Shown piece after piece: positions 33,720 through 47,639 of a stretch of DNA of 64,000 nt. The notes under the pieces were generated by a model. That model searched no databases, was not told the origin of the DNA, and was given only the letters and a program-made list of their open reading frames with translations. A program made the position numbers and the translations under genes. Source of the DNA: Squalus acanthias (lineage: Eukaryota). The stretch spans positions 143,470,001 through 143,534,000 of the forward strand of contig CM059431.1 of NCBI GenBank assembly GCA_030390025.1, in the 5' to 3' direction. Position 1 is the stretch's first letter; each line of letters begins with the position of its first letter.

Positions 33720-36545
33720 GGAGGATGAGTTAATTCTTGAACTTAAATAAAGGCAATTACAAAGCTAATAAGACAGAGTTGGCAAAAGTGGACTGGGAAA
33801 ATAGATTAAAGGGTAATCGGTAGAAAAGTAGTGGCAGGCATTTAAGGAGAGATTTCATAATTCTCAGCAAAGGTTTATGCCAGTGAGAAAGAAAGACTCT
33901 ATGAGAAGTATGAAGCATCCGTGGTAACTAAGGAAGTTAAGGATGGTATGAAATTGAAGGACATTTTGCTGATGATAAAAAGCTAGGTGGGACAGTAAGC
34001 TGTGAGGAGAACAAAAAGAGTCTGCAAAGGGATATATATAGCTTAAGTGAATGTAGTTAAGTAAGTTAAGTAAGGTGGCAGATGGAGTATAATTTAGGGA
34101 AGTGTGAGGTTATTCACGTTGGTATGAAGAATAGAAAAACCGAATATTTTTTAAATTGTGAGAAACTTTCAAATGTTGGTGTTCAGCGAGATTTGGGTGT
34201 CCTCGTGCAAGAAACACAGAAAGCAAGCAATAAGGAAGGCAATGGTATTTTGGCCTTTATTGCAAGAGGGTTGGAGAATAAGAGTGAGCAAATCTTGTGA
34301 CAATTGTACAGGGCCTTGGTGAAAGTACACCTGGAGAACTGTGCACAGTTTTGGTGTCCTTATCTAAGGAAGGATTTACTTGCCCTGGAGGCAGTGCAAC
34401 GAATGCTCACTAGATTGATTCCTGGGATGAGAGGGCTGTCCTATTATGAGAGATTGTGTAGAATGGGCCGATACATTCTGGAGTTTAGAAGAATGAGAGG
34501 TGATCTCATTGAAACATACAAGATTCTGAAGGGGATTGACAGGGTCGAAGCTGAGAGGTTGTTTCGGCTGGCTGGAGTGTCTAGAACTAGGGGGGTTATT
34601 CTCAGGATAAGGGGTAGGCCATTTAAGACTGATATGAGGAAGAATTTCGTCACTCAGAGGGTTGCGAATCTTTGGAATTCTCTGCCTCAGATGGCTGTGC
34701 ATGCTGAATCTTTGAGTATATTCAAGGCTGAGATAGATAGATTTTTGAACTCTGGGGGGATCAAGGGATATGGCAATCGGGCGGGAAAGTAGAGTTGAAG
34801 TCGATGATCAGCCATGATCTTATTGAATGGCGGAGCAGGCTCGAGAGGCCGTTCTCTTACTTATTATTTTCTTTTGTTCTTACGAAAAGGCATACGATGT
34901 TGCAAAGATTAGTGGTAGGCCAGAGGATTGTTTTTTTTTTAGAAACCAGCAAAGGATGACTAGAAAAATAATTATGAGGGAGAAGATAGATTATGGGAGT
35001 AAAGTAGCAAAAAATATAAAAACAGACAGTAAGCGCTTCTACAGATATATAAAAAGAGGAGAGTAGCTAAAGTAATGGTTGGTCCCTGAGATGATGAGAC
35101 TGGGGAATTAATAATGGGAAACAGGGAAATGGCAGAGTCTATGAACAAATATTTTTTTTTATCGGACTTCACGGTAGAAGACACGAAAAGCATTCCAATA
35201 ATACTTGTGAATCAAGGGGCTATGGGGAGGGAGGAACTTAAAACAATCACTATCACCAGAGAAAATTTACACGGTAAATTAATGGGACTAAAGGATGACA
35301 AGTCCCCAGGACCTGATGGCATACATACTAGGGTTTTAAAAGTAGTGGCTGCAGAGATAGTGGTTGTAATCTACTAAAATTCACTGGATTCTGTGGAGGT
35401 CCCAGTGGATTGGAAAACCGCAAAAGTAACTCGATTCAAGAAAGGAGGGAGACACAAAGCAGGAAACTATAGGCCAGTTAGCCTAACATCTGTCATCGGG
35501 AAAATGCTGGAATCCATTATTAAGGAAGTAATAGCAGGACATTTAGAAAATCATATTACAGTCAAGCAGAGTCAACATGTTTTTATGAAAGGGAAATCGT
35601 GTTTGACAAATTAGCTGGAGTTCTTTGATGATGTAACAAACAGGGTGGATAAAGGGGAACCAGTAGATGTAGTGTGTTTGGATTTCCAGAAGGCATTCGA
35701 TAAGGTGCCTCATAAAAGGTTACTGAACAAGATAAGAGCTCACGGTGTTGTGGTAATATATTAGATTGGACAGAGGATTGGGGTAATATATTAGATTGAA
35801 TGAAAGAAATCAGAGATTTGGAATAAATGGTCATTTTCAGCTTGGCAAAATGTAACTAGTGAAGTGCCACAGGGATCAGTGATGGGGCCTCAGATATTTA
35901 CAATCTATATTAATGACTTGGATGAAGGAACCGAGTGTACTGTTGACAAATTTGCTGACGATACTAAGATAGGTGGGAAAGCAAGTTGTGAGGAGTACAC
36001 AAAGAGTCTGCAAAGGGATATAGATAGTTAAGTGAGTGGGCAAAAATTTGGCTGATGCAGTGTAATGTGGGAAAAAGTGAAGTTATCCACTTTGTTAGGA
36101 AGAATAAAAAGCAAAATATGATTTAAATGCAGAGAGACTACAGAATTCTGCGGTACAGAGGGATCTGGATGTTCTCGGACATGAAACACAAAAGGTTAGC
36201 ATGCAGGTACAGCAATAATTAGGAAGTCAAATTGAATATTGGTCTGTATTGCAAGAGGGAGGGAGTATAAATGTAGGGAGTCTTGCTACAACTGTACAGG
36301 GCGTTGGTGAGACTACACCTGGAGTACTGCATACAGTTTTGGTCTCCTTATTTAATGAAGGATATACTTGCATTGGAGGCAGTTCAGAGAAGTTTTTCGA
36401 AAAACAGGTGAATCAAGGGTTATGGGGAGCGGGCAGGAATTTGGAGTTGAGGCCAAGGTCAGATCAGCCATGATCTTATTGAATGGCGGAGCAGGCTCGA
36501 GGGGACGAATGGCCTACTCGTGCTCCTTTTTCTTATGTTCTTATG
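33720..36545 (+). mobile_element. Two internally deleted CR1 copies in tandem (~33720-34882 and ~34883-36545)
   Basis: ORFs 34082-34792 (RT C-terminus) and 35114-35614 (KSPGPDG, NYRPVSLTS); 3'UTR and tail at 34800-34882 and 36450-36545. Confidence 0.85.
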
Positions 36546-36689
36546 TTCGATTGAATGAAAAACCTGCTTAAAATTCGCTCAGTATATTCTCTAACTCAGG
36601 AATAATGCTGGTGTTGGCCTGCACTCTGTAAATAAATCTTACCAATGGCCGGTCTTGTGAAGTCCACTGTGTATCATATGATGCCTATA

Positions 36690-36960
36690 CACGGAAACGC
36701 CATACACTCCTGGCAGGATCCTGATACACTGTCAAACCCCATACACACCTGGCAGAATCCTGATAAACTGTGAAACCCCATACACACCTGGCAGGATCCT
36801 GATACACTGTGAAACCCCGTAAATGCCTGGCAGAATCCTGATACACTGTGGAACCTGATACACACCTGGCAGGATCCTGATACACATTGAAACCCCATAC
36901 ACACCTGGCAGGATACTGATACACTATGAAAACCGATACACACCTGGCAGGACCCTGATG
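36690..36960. repeat. 39-bp minisatellite, ~7 copies
   Basis: Unit cctggcaggatcctgatacactgtgaaaccccatacaca; 13-aa periodicity in ORF 36685-36963. Confidence 0.9.
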
Positions 36961-36964
36961 CATA

Positions 36965-37385
36965 TATGTCTCCCTGTCCCGTCGCCCCCTGTCTCCTCAC
37001 CTCCCCATGCTCCTCGCACCCTCCGTCTCCACGCCCCTGTTTCCTCACACCCCTTCTCCTCGCTCTCCATCTCCATGCCTCATCTACTTCACCGTCTCCT
37101 CGCCGTAACGTCCATTTGCCCCTCTTCCTGCTCCCCCGTCTCCCTCGTCCCCTGTCTTCTTCCTCTCCCATCCCCTTCTTCCCACTCCGTCTCCTTGCTC
37201 CTCCACGTCTCCTTCACCCACCGTTTCCATCTTCCTCCGTCTCCTTCTCCCCCCGTCTGCTCCGACGTCATCTGCCCCCGTCTCTACCCCCCACCGTCTT
37301 CTCGCCCCTGTCTGCCTTCCCCTCCCTCATTTCCTCCCCATCTCAACTACGACCTCCGCTCTCTCCTCTCCCCCCGCATCCGCTC
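36965..37385. repeat. Pyrimidine-rich low-complexity tract
   Basis: C/T-dominated sequence with recurring ccgtctcc. Confidence 0.75.
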
Positions 37386-37389
37386 CCTG

Positions 37390-38600
37390 AATGCAGGACA
37401 AAAGGGTAAACAGTTGGGATTTTGAAAATGCAGTTGTAAGTGATTGGGGGAGAGTTTTTACAGGGGCAGACAGCGAAGGAATTTGCGTTGGGAGGGGGAA
37501 TGGGAATGTGAGTGGAGAGCATACAAGGAAGTGATCAGAGATGTCTTTATTAGTGAGTGACATGATTGGAGTAGCGAGGCTACGTGAGATGCCGAGCATC
37601 AGGTGGTGGCCGTGAATATGGTTAGAGTAGTTTAGATGGAGGGACAGACAAAGGAAGGATAGGAGAGCAGTGAACCCAGAGGAGAGAGAGCAATATGAGT
37701 TGAGATGGAGGTTGAAATCACCGAGGATGAGAAATCCCTCTGTGCAGAGGCTGCGAGATGAAACCAGTAAAGATATCTCTAATAAATTTGGAGTGTTACT
37801 TGTGTGGGCGGTAGAGGATGAAGATTTTAAATGAGAGGCAGGAAGTGTGAAACAAGGAGGAGAAGGTGCCAGTGGAGTAGGGAGACAGACCAAGGTGTGA
37901 TTTGGTGATGAGCGCCACACCGCCACCATTCCGGTTTGGGTGGGGTGAGTGGTGAAATGGATAACCAGGCGGGGAGAGTTCATTAAGGGGAAAAGTGTCA
38001 TCACCCCATTGCCAGGTTTCCGTCAAGGCCATGATGTCGATGCAATCATCCACAATAAGCTCAAGGATTGCCACGGCCTTGTTCACAAGTGAATGGAGAT
38101 TCTGGGGGAGATGCGGAGAGGGCCGGTGACAGATGATCCAGTGGCAGAGTCCACAGGATCAGCATTGGGAGGGGAGAGTGGGATGGGAAGGAGCTTGGCA
38201 AGATTATTGCCCTTTGGGCGCTCTGGGTGAGAAGGATGGTGAGAAAGTAGGACGAGACAGTTAATGTTGCTGCTCGTAAGGAGACAGCGACAAGGGCCTT
38301 GATGTGCCCTTCAGAGGAAGCCAAGAAGGAAACAGAGGAAAGCTGTAGGATTTTCTAAGACCGATTGAATCCTGGGGAAGCGACAGGAGAGTAGGAAGGT
38401 CGAGGAGTGCTAAAGGGTTATGGTAGGGATCTGGGAGTAAAGAGTACCCGAGAGTGGAAGAATGAAATGAGGCATGACGACAGGAGAAGGGGTCTAGAAG
38501 GGGTAAAGCGAACAGTAAAATAGGATAATAGGAAAATAGGAGGGATGGGCTTGTGTCCGGAGCGGCAGCCAAAATGCGCAGGCGAATGGACACAGGATAC
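37390..38600 (-). mobile_element. L2 LINE 5' / endonuclease region
   Basis: ALTETW, GGGVA, LYRP, ILGDFN and ISDH in ORFs 37796-38086 and 37327-38004. L2-related sequence may extend further right. Confidence 0.78.
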
Positions 38601-40289
38601 TCAAGTTACATAGGCCTGGTTGCATGTTGATGAATAGCGATGAGACAATAGGAAGGAGCTCAGAGTTAGTGTGACAGGGCCCGTGATGGGATATGTTGCC
38701 GTAGGTAGGGTGGACTCAGCTTGGAGCATTGATAGAATGATGTCCAGGTTCGGAGCCATGTGTGGAGGGTGAGTGAGTCCTGAAGCTGTGTAAAGGGTAG
38801 AGTAACAGAGGACGCACTGCTGGAGGTATTTCCATGTGAGTGAAGAGTTGAAAGATGATCAGAAGCAGGGCAGACAAACTTTGGCGCAGTTGGAGATCAG
38901 AATAAGATCCAGAGGCGGAAGAGAAGTGGACTTCGGCCAAGAGAGTGAATTTCTGAACAGAAACCAGACTCAAGTTGAAGCTGAAAAATCATTCGGACAA
39001 TCATAAACTCAACAGGTAACAGCGGCGGTGGAGGATGGGCTGTAGGCTAGACAAAGTTACCGTAAAACTTAGCAAATGAATAGCAGATCAGAGACACAGC
39101 AGCTGCGAACTACAGTGTAGTCCAGTAAAGAAGCGCAGTGTTGAAGACCAGGAATTTGAAGCTGAATTTGAGCAAAGGTGCAGAGCGCACTCAGAGAACC
39201 AAAGAGCAGGCATGGTGGGGGGATGGGCATTTGGCTAAGGTAACTTTAAACCAGCAGCTAACTTCGAATTAGGGATAAAATGCACCAACTATTAGAGCCA
39301 GGGGAAATTAACCAGTGGAAGGGAGGAGACTGGGGGAGAAAGGGCAACGGATGGCCAAGGATTGAGTTGCACAGCAAAGGTGCTGACTAGGGAGCTGCCA
39401 GCCCAGGACCCATCTTGTAACACATCAGGTTAGCGTTTGAGCAGGTCATGAAATCGGAAATGACAGGACATTTGTATATAAAATCTATCGATAGAGAATC
39501 ACTTTTATTGAACTTTTGACCGACCCTAAAATAAAATCTCAAGTAAGTTTCGGGCCTTACTGTTTAAATCTCACTTGCCACAATCCGTGTGATTTTTTTG
39601 AACTATATTTTGCAAAGCTTTCCTCGATTGTCCCGCACCGGTTATCTGATCTTTACTGGCATGGAATTCTATGAAATTCACGGCTGATGGAGCTAAGCCT
39701 TAAATAAAATCAGCCAATCACATCCGTTTAAAGGGGATGTTCAAACCCTCCAGTGCTGAAGTCATTGTCCAGAAACTCCGGTTAATCTTCACATTGAACA
39801 AATGCTGGAAATTATCATCCAGCCGATGAGTAAATGGAGGAACATAAAAAAAGACGGAGGCGATTCAACCTCTCAAACCAGTTCTGCCAATTAATTAGAT
39901 CATGACTCATCTGTGCTTCAACTCCTGCTACCCGCCTTGAATTCATTTCGCTTGATACCCTTCCCTGATAAAAAATCTCTCTTGAAAAATTCAATTGACA
40001 CAGAATCCAAAGCTTTTTGCAGGAGAGATATTCACATTTCCACTACCCTTTCTGTGATTAAATGCTTCCTGATTTCACACCTGAACAGCCTAGATCTAAT
40101 TTTAATAATGTCCCCTTTTGTTCTGGATTCCACCACCAGAGACAATCTCTCTCTGGATCTTCTCTATAGAATGCTTTTATCATTTTAAGCACCTCAATTA
40201 ATGCACGCCGCCTGCACACAAACCCACAATTTACCCATACTCTCCATCTAACAGTGAATTAATTTGTTCGTGTGAATTTAGTTCCAAGA

Positions 40290-41315
40290 CTAATCTTTAC
40301 ATATAAAGAAACGACTCAAATTACGAAAAGTTAAGCGGATCTCCATTACTAATCTTTAAATGAAAATAATTACTCACATTTTCAATCGAGCCCCATCACT
40401 ACTCTGTTGCTAACAACTAACTACACAAATTATCAACAGGCACGAAGCTGCCTCCGAGTGGGTATCACATTTGGCGTTATTAAACTAACACAGATAGTTA
40501 CAAAGTTCACCAACCTTGTCCCACCGATTCATAATTGTAAACACTTCTATCATATTGCCCCACAATCTGCGTTGTTTTAACCAAAGAAACACCAACGTTC
40601 AATATTGAAACACGTAATTCTAACTGAGGTCTTATAAAAATTTTATATAGGCTCATCCTTACCTCTTGGGTTTTATATTCTATACCTCGTGATGAAACCT
40701 AGAATTTCATCAGCTTCTTTCCCACTTTCTCAACCTGAGGTGTTGCTTTTAATGTCCTTTCAATCTGTATCCCCAAATTTCTCTTCTACTTCCACAGCAC
40801 CGAGCCTACTTCCACTCCCAGTATATATCAGCTCTTCTAAATAATTAACTATGACTCCTATTCTGGTCTCCACAGCGAGTTTCTATCCAGTCCCTCCAGG
40901 CCTCTATCAATCATTGGTAAATAACTTAATCTAACTGAATTGGGTATAAACCGCAGCAACAAAAAACTGACCACAAATACATAGAAACCCCAATAAACAG
41001 GCCTCAAATGAGTTAAATCTCTGAATTAGTAGGCTATGCTGAAATGGCTGTTAACTAAATCTAAAATGCTGTAATCCCCAGCAATAATATAGTTTGAAAT
41101 TCACATGGGTAGTATACATGACCTTTCTCTCCCTGACTTGCTGTTCACAGTTCAAAGCCCACAGCTGCCGAGATGCTGCATTTTCGACGATTGTCAGCTT
41201 TCCAAGTTAATGACATCCACTCGGGATAGAAGAGAACAGGCAGTGGAGGAATTTGTAGAGGGAGGAAGTTTATTCAGACTCAGAAATTGTCAGGAGGAGG
41301 TTACTACTTTTAACA
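40290..41315 (+). repeat. Segmental duplicate (copy 2) of 30527-31660
   Basis: Same blocks as copy 1, also followed by a G-rich array. Confidence 0.85.
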
Positions 41316-41329
41316 AATAAATAGTTGAC

Positions 41330-42652
41330 TGGGTTGTTGATGTGGGGCTGGGTGAGTGGAGAGTGATGCTGGGTCAGTGGGGTGTGGGTGTGGGGCTGGG
41401 TGAGTGGAGAGTGATGCTGGGTCACTGTGGTGTTGGTGTGGGGCTGGGTGAGTGGAGAGTGATGCTGGGTCAGTGGGGTGTGGGTGTTGGACTGGGTGAG
41501 TGGAGAGTGATGCTGGGTCAGTGGGGTGTGGGTGAGGGGCTGGGTCAGTGAAGAGTGATGCTGGGTGAGTGGGGTGTTGTTGTGGGGCTGGGTCAGTGGA
41601 GAGTGATGCTGGGTCAGTGGGGTGTTGGAGTGGGTCTGGGTGAGTGGAGTGTGATGCTAGGTCAGTGTGGTATGGGGCTGGGTGAGTGGAGATTGATGCT
41701 GGGTCAGTGGGGTGTGGGGCTGGGTGAGTGGAGATTGATGCTGGGTCAGTGGTGTGTGGGGCTCGGTGAGTGAAGAGTGATGCTGGGTCATTGCGGTTTT
41801 GGTGTGGGGCTGGGTGAGTGGAGATTGATGCTGGGTCAGTAGGGTGTTGGCGTGGGGCTGGGTGAGTGGAGAGTGATGCTGGGTTACTGGGGTGTGGGTG
41901 TGGGGCTGGGTGAATGGAGAGCGATGCTGGGTGAATGGGGTGTGGATGTGGGGCTGGATGAGTGGAGAGTGAGGCTGGGTCAGTGGGGTGTGGGTGTGGG
42001 GCTGGGTGAGTGGAGAGTGAGGCTGGGTCAGTGGGGTGTGGGTGTGGGACTGGGTGAATGGAGAGCGATGCTGGGTGAATGGGGTGTGGATGTGGGGCTG
42101 GATGAGTGGAGAGTGATGCTGGGTCAGTGCGGTGTGGGTGTGGGACTGGGTGAATGGAGAGTGATGCTGGGTCAGTGGGGTGTTGGCTGTGGAGCTGGGT
42201 GAGTGGAGAGAGATGCTGGGTCACTGGGGTTTGGGTCTGGGTGAGTGGAGAGTGATGCTGGGTCAGTAGGGTGTTGGTGTGGGTCTGGGTGAGTGGAGAG
42301 TGATGCTGGTTCAGTGGGGTGTGGGCTGTGAGTAGAGTGATGCTGTGTCAGTGGAGTGTGGGTGTTGGGCTGGGTGAGAGGAGAGTGATGCTGGGTCAGT
42401 GGGGTGTGGGGCTGGGTGAGTGGAGAGTGATGCTGTGTCAGTGGAGTGTGGGTGTGGGGCTGGGTGAGTGGAGTTTGATGCTGGGTCAGTGGGGTGTGGG
42501 GCTGGGTGAGTGGAGAGTGATGCTGTGTCAGTGGAGTGTGGGTGTGGGGCTGGGTGTGTGGAGAGTGATGCTGTGTCAGTGGAGTGTGGGTGTGGGGCTG
42601 GGTGTGTGGAGAGTGATGCTCGGTCACTGGGGTGTTGGTGTGGGACTGGGTG
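41330..42652. repeat. G-rich minisatellite, array 3 (higher-order ~48-bp unit)
   Basis: gtggggctgggtgagtggagagtgatgctgggtcagtggggtgtgggt repeats; 16-aa periodicity. Confidence 0.93.
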
Positions 42653-43219
42653 ATAGACCCATTAAAGGACCGCGCCTGCACATTTTTCAGATTTTAAAAT
42701 CCGGTGAGCCGGCTGCGCTGTCGCCAGGGAAAATTGGAAAATGGTACAGGGTCTGTGAGAAGGCAAGATCCAGGTTACAGAGCCTGTCTGCAAAGAAAAG
42801 ACGCATTTATGTGAAAGCTTGATAAACACATGAGGGAGAAAGTAACAGAGGGTTAGGATGATAGGGTTAGATGAAGAGAGATGGGAGGAGGCTCATGTGG
42901 AGTATGAACACCGAAATGGACCAGTCGGGTGGAATGGCCTGTTTCTGTGCTGCACATTCTGTGTGAAAAGGGAAGTGACGCTGACACATTTTCTGAAGCA
43001 TTTTGGTGCAAAGAGAATTTCGGAAGCTTGGCTCTAATTCTGTAGCCTACGGCAACGAAACTCCTCCGGTGGAACTGGGGGATTCCCAGCGTGGAAATTT
43101 ATGTAACAGTGAAAGGAGTTTAACTTGTTCTACAACATTAAAGCACACATGAGACTTGTGTATTTCAGAGGAGAGGGTTTGATCAGAGACGCCCCCAGTT
43201 TGACACGTGGGTAAAGATT

Positions 43220-45050
43220 TAGACATGTGTATCTCCATCTCCAGCCTCCGTTTCCTCTCGATGATTTGTCACCTCCTGAATCTCTGCCCATCTTTCTCAA
43301 GACTCCTTGTTTGAATCGCTCTAATCTGGTTTCCGCTCCTGCCACAACACTAAAATGACGATCAAAGTCACAAATAACACCATCTATGACAATGACCGTG
43401 GTAAACTATCCCTTCTCATTCTTCTCTGCAGTCTTTGACACTATCGAGCACAATATCCTCCTCCAACACATCTCCTGTTTTCTAGCTCAGTGAGACCGCC
43501 CTCACTTGGTTCCCCTTTTACCAATCCACTCTTAGACAGAGAATCTTCATCAATGGCTTCTCTTCCTGCTCCCGCAGTGTTACTTCTGGAGTCCCCTGTG
43601 GATCTATCTCTCCCCCCCAACCTACTTCTATTTCTCATCTTCATGCTGCCCCTTGGAGACATTATCCGAGGGGGTTCGGCTTTCACTCGTACTCTGACAA
43701 CACTCTGCTCTACTTCTCCACCAACTCTCTCGAACCCTCCACTGCCTTTGCTTGCCCACGCTGCTTGACCAACATCCAGTCCTTGATGAACTAGAAATTC
43801 ACCATTTGAACACTGGAAGGACTGACGACATGGTCCTCGGCCCCACAACGAATTCTGTTCCCTCGCCAATGATTCCATCCCCGTCCCAGCCAATGTCTCG
43901 GATTGAACCAGACGGTTCACCACCTCAGCGTGCTATTTGGTGCCAAGCTAAGCTTCCGACTCGTTCTCCTCTCCTCACAAAGACCGGCTTCTCCCAACTA
44001 CATGACATCGTCCATCTTTGGCCTGCTTCAGCCCACCTGCTATTGAATCCCTCGTGCACGGTTTTATCGCCTGCAGTCTCGGTTTTTACAATGCTCTTCG
44101 GGCCTGCTTTGCTCCTTTCACCCTCCGTAAATTTAAGTACATCAAAAAGCCTGCTCAGCAATCACCCCTGTCCTTGAGAACCTACATTAGATCCTGGTCC
44201 GCCCGAGGCTGCTGAGTAAAACAGTCATTCACAAGTTTAGATCCCTTTATGATCTGGTCCCTCCCTGTCTGTGTATCCTCCGTCAGCGCGACAAGCCCCC
44301 AACACCAAAGTAGTGAAGAAATCTCGGTGAGAAATTTGACATGGTACTTTGGAGGGCGGTAGAGAATGAGGATTCTAAATGAGATGCGAAAAGGGTGGGA
44401 CAAGGAGGAGGAGGTGCCAGTGGATTATGGGGACAGCTCAAGGTGTGATTTGCCACACTGCCCCCATGATGGTTTGGGCGGGGCGTGCAGAGAAAGGTAC
44501 AACCGGGCGGGGAGGTTTCATTAAGGGGAAAATATCATCATCATCACTCTGCCAGGTTTCCATCAAGGCCATGATGTCGGTGCAATCATCCACAATAAGT
44601 TCAACGATTGCAAGGACCTTGTTCTCAAGTGAACAGAGATTCTGGGGGAGATGCGGTGAAAGCTGATCCAGTGGCAGAGTCCACAGGATCAGCATTGTGG
44701 GGGGGGTGGGGGGCGGGGGGTCAGTGGGACGGGAAGGAGATTGGTAACTTTAGGCGCCAGCGGTCGCGCTGGGTGGGAAGGCGGCGAGAGAGTAGGATGG
44801 GACTGTTGGGGTTGCTGCTCATAAGGCGGCAGCGACAAGGGCTTCGATGGGCCCTTCAGGGGAAGCTAATCGAGACACAGAAGGAAGCTTTAGGCTTTTC
44901 TAAGAGCGAGTCAATCCTGGGACAGCGGCAGGAGAGAAGGTCGAGGAGTGCTGAAGGGTTATGGTGGTGATCTGGGAAAGCAGAGTACCCGAGAAGGGAG
45001 AAATGAAAAGAGGCATGATGACAGGAAAGGTAAAGAGAAAAAAGTGGGGA
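43220..45050. mobile_element. L2 fragments: plus-strand RT (~43220-44290) and minus-strand EN (~44290-45050)
   Basis: 43220-44290 is the reverse complement of the L2 RT at 13.2-18.8 kb. 44290-45050 matches 37750-38510 (LAIVELIVDDCTDIMALMETW). Confidence 0.7.
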
Positions 45051-47480
45051 AATAGAAACATAGAAATATAGAAACATAGGAGTAGGCCATTCGTCCCTTC
45101 GAACCTTCACTTATTTTCAACATGATCATGGTTGATCCTCTATCTCAATACCATATTCCTGCTCCCACCTCATACCCCTTGATGCCTTTTGCGTCAAAAA
45201 ATCTATCTATCTCCTTCTTAAATATATTCAGTAACTTGGCCTCCACAGCATTCTGTTGTAGAGAATTCCACTGGTTCACCACCCTCTGATTGAAAATATT
45301 TCTCCTCATCTCAGTCCTAAATGTCCTACCCCGTATCCTGAGACTGTGACCCCTCATTCTAGAACCCCCAGCCAGGGTAAACATCCTCCCTGCATCCGGT
45401 CTGTCTAGCCCTGTCACAATTTTATACGTTTCAATGAGATCCCTCTCATTCTTCTAAACTCTAGTGAATACAGGCCTTGTCGAACCAATCTTTCCTCATA
45501 CGACAGTGCTGCCGTCCCAGGAATCAGTCTGGTGAACCTTCGCTGCAGCCCCTCTATGGCAAGTATACCTTTCTTAGGTAAGGAGACCAAAACTGCACAC
45601 AGTACTCCAGGTGTGGTCTCACCAAGGCCCTGTACAACTATAGTAATCATGATGCGGAGATGCCGGTGTTGGACTGGGGTGGACAAAATTGAGAGGTCGC
45701 ACAACACCAGGTTATAGTCCAACAGTCAGGCGATCGATAGCTCCGAAAGCTTGTGATTTCAAATAAAACTGTTGGACTTTAACCTGGTGTTGTGCGACCT
45801 CTCAATTTTGTCAACTATAGTAAGACATCCTTGCTCCTGTACTCAAATCCTCTTGCAAAGAGGGCCAAAATACCATTTGCCTTCCTAACTGCTTGTTGCA
45901 CCTTCGTGTTTGCTTTCAGTGACTGGTGTACAAGGACATCCAGGTCCCTTTGTACATTTGCACTTCCCAATCTATCACAATTTAAATAATACTCTACCTT
46001 TCTGTTTTTCCGATCGAAGTGGGTAACTTCACATTTATCCAGGTTATACTGTCTCTGCCATGTATTTGCCCACTAACTTAACTTGTCTAAATCGCTTGAA
46101 GCGTCTTTGCATCCTCCTCACAACTCCCAATCCCACCTAGTTTCGTGTCGTCAGCTAACTTGGCAATATTACATTTGGTTCCCTCATCCAAAGCATTGAT
46201 ATATATTGTGAACAGCTGGTGCCCAAGCACTGATCCCTGCGGTACCCCACTAGTCACCGCCTGCCACACCGAAATAGACCCATTTATTCCTACTCTCTGT
46301 TTCCTGTCTGTTAACCAATTTTCAATCCATGCCAGTATATTAACCCCATTCCCATGTGCTTTAATTTTGCACACTAACCTCTTATGTGGGACTTTATCAA
46401 AGGCCTTCTGAAAATCCAAATACACCACATCCACTGGTTCTCCCTTATCTATTGTACCAGTTACATCCTAAAAACACCAGTAGATTTTTCAAACACGAAT
46501 TCCCTTTCATAAATCCATGTTGACTTTGTCTAATCCCGTTGATATTTTCCAATGTCCTGTCATCACATCCTTTATAATAGACTCTAGCATTTTCCCTACT
46601 AATGATGTCAGGCTAACCTGTCTGTAGTTCCCTGTTTTCTCTCTCCCTCCTTTTTGAAATAGTGGGTTTACATTTGTCACCATCCAATCAGCAGGAACTG
46701 TTTCATAATCTATAGAATTTTGGAAGATGACTTCCAATGCATCCACTATTTCCATGGCTACCTCTTTTAGTACTCTGTGATGCAGATTATCAGGCCCTGG
46801 GGATTTATCAGCTTTCAGTCCCATTAATTCCTCCAGCACTAGTTTTTTACTGATACTAATTTCCTTTAATTCCTCCTTCTCACTAGACACTTGGGCCCCT
46901 AGCATTTCTGAGAAGTTATTTGTGTTCTCTTCCGTGTAGACAGAACCAAAGTATCTGTTTAATTGCTCCAACATTTCCTTGTTCCCCATTATAAATTCTC
47001 CCGTTTCTGACTGTAAGGGACCTACATTTGTCTTGACTAATATTTTTCTTTTTACATACTTGTAGAAGCTTTGACAATCCGCTTTCATGTTCCTTGCAAG
47101 TTTAATCTCATACCCTATTTTTCCCCTCTTAATCAATCTCTTGTTCCTTTTTGCTGAACTCTAAACTGCTCCCAATCCTCAGGCTTGCTACTTTTTTGAT
47201 AACTTTGTATGACTCCTTTTTGGATCTAATACTATCCTTAATTTCTTTTGTTAGCCAAGGTTGATCCGCTTTTCCTTTTGTGTTTTTGCGCCAGAAAGGA
47301 ATGTACACCTGTTGCAATTCATGCATTCGTTCCTTAAATATTAGCCATTGCCTATCCACCGTCATGCCTTTTAATGAAGCTCCCCAATCTGTTATAGCCA
47401 ACTCAGTCCTCATACCATCGTAGTTTACTTTGTTTAGATTTCGGACCCTAGTTTCGGATTGTACATCTTCACTTTCAATT
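45050..47480 (-). mobile_element. CR1 LINE, 5'-truncated, with a Penelope-like insert at 45647-45811
   Basis: ORFs 45145-45417, 46087-46434 (YLDFQKAFD, GVPQGSVLG, LADDTK), 46507-47136 and 47129-47635; tail (tagaaaca)n at 45050-45080. Confidence 0.9.
45647..45811. mobile_element. 165-bp foldback insertion (Penelope-like pLTR remnant) with a 12-bp TSD
   Basis: caactatagtaa at 45635-45646 and 45812-45823; near-perfect inverted arms gacaaaattgagaggtcgcacaacaccaggttatagtccaacag / ctgttggactttaacctggtgttgtgcgacctctcaattttgtc; residual gctccGAAAgc. Confidence 0.75.
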
Positions 47481-47639
47481 TTAATGAATAGACAGAGGCT
47501 GTTTTCAGCAGTTGAGCTAACACGCACCGAGGAGCCAATGAATTTAATTTTCAGAGTTTGCGAGGCCCACAATGAATTGGATCCGGTATCAAACATCAAA
47601 TAGAAAGAGGAAATTAGCAGGAGACATTTCAGCATTGTG

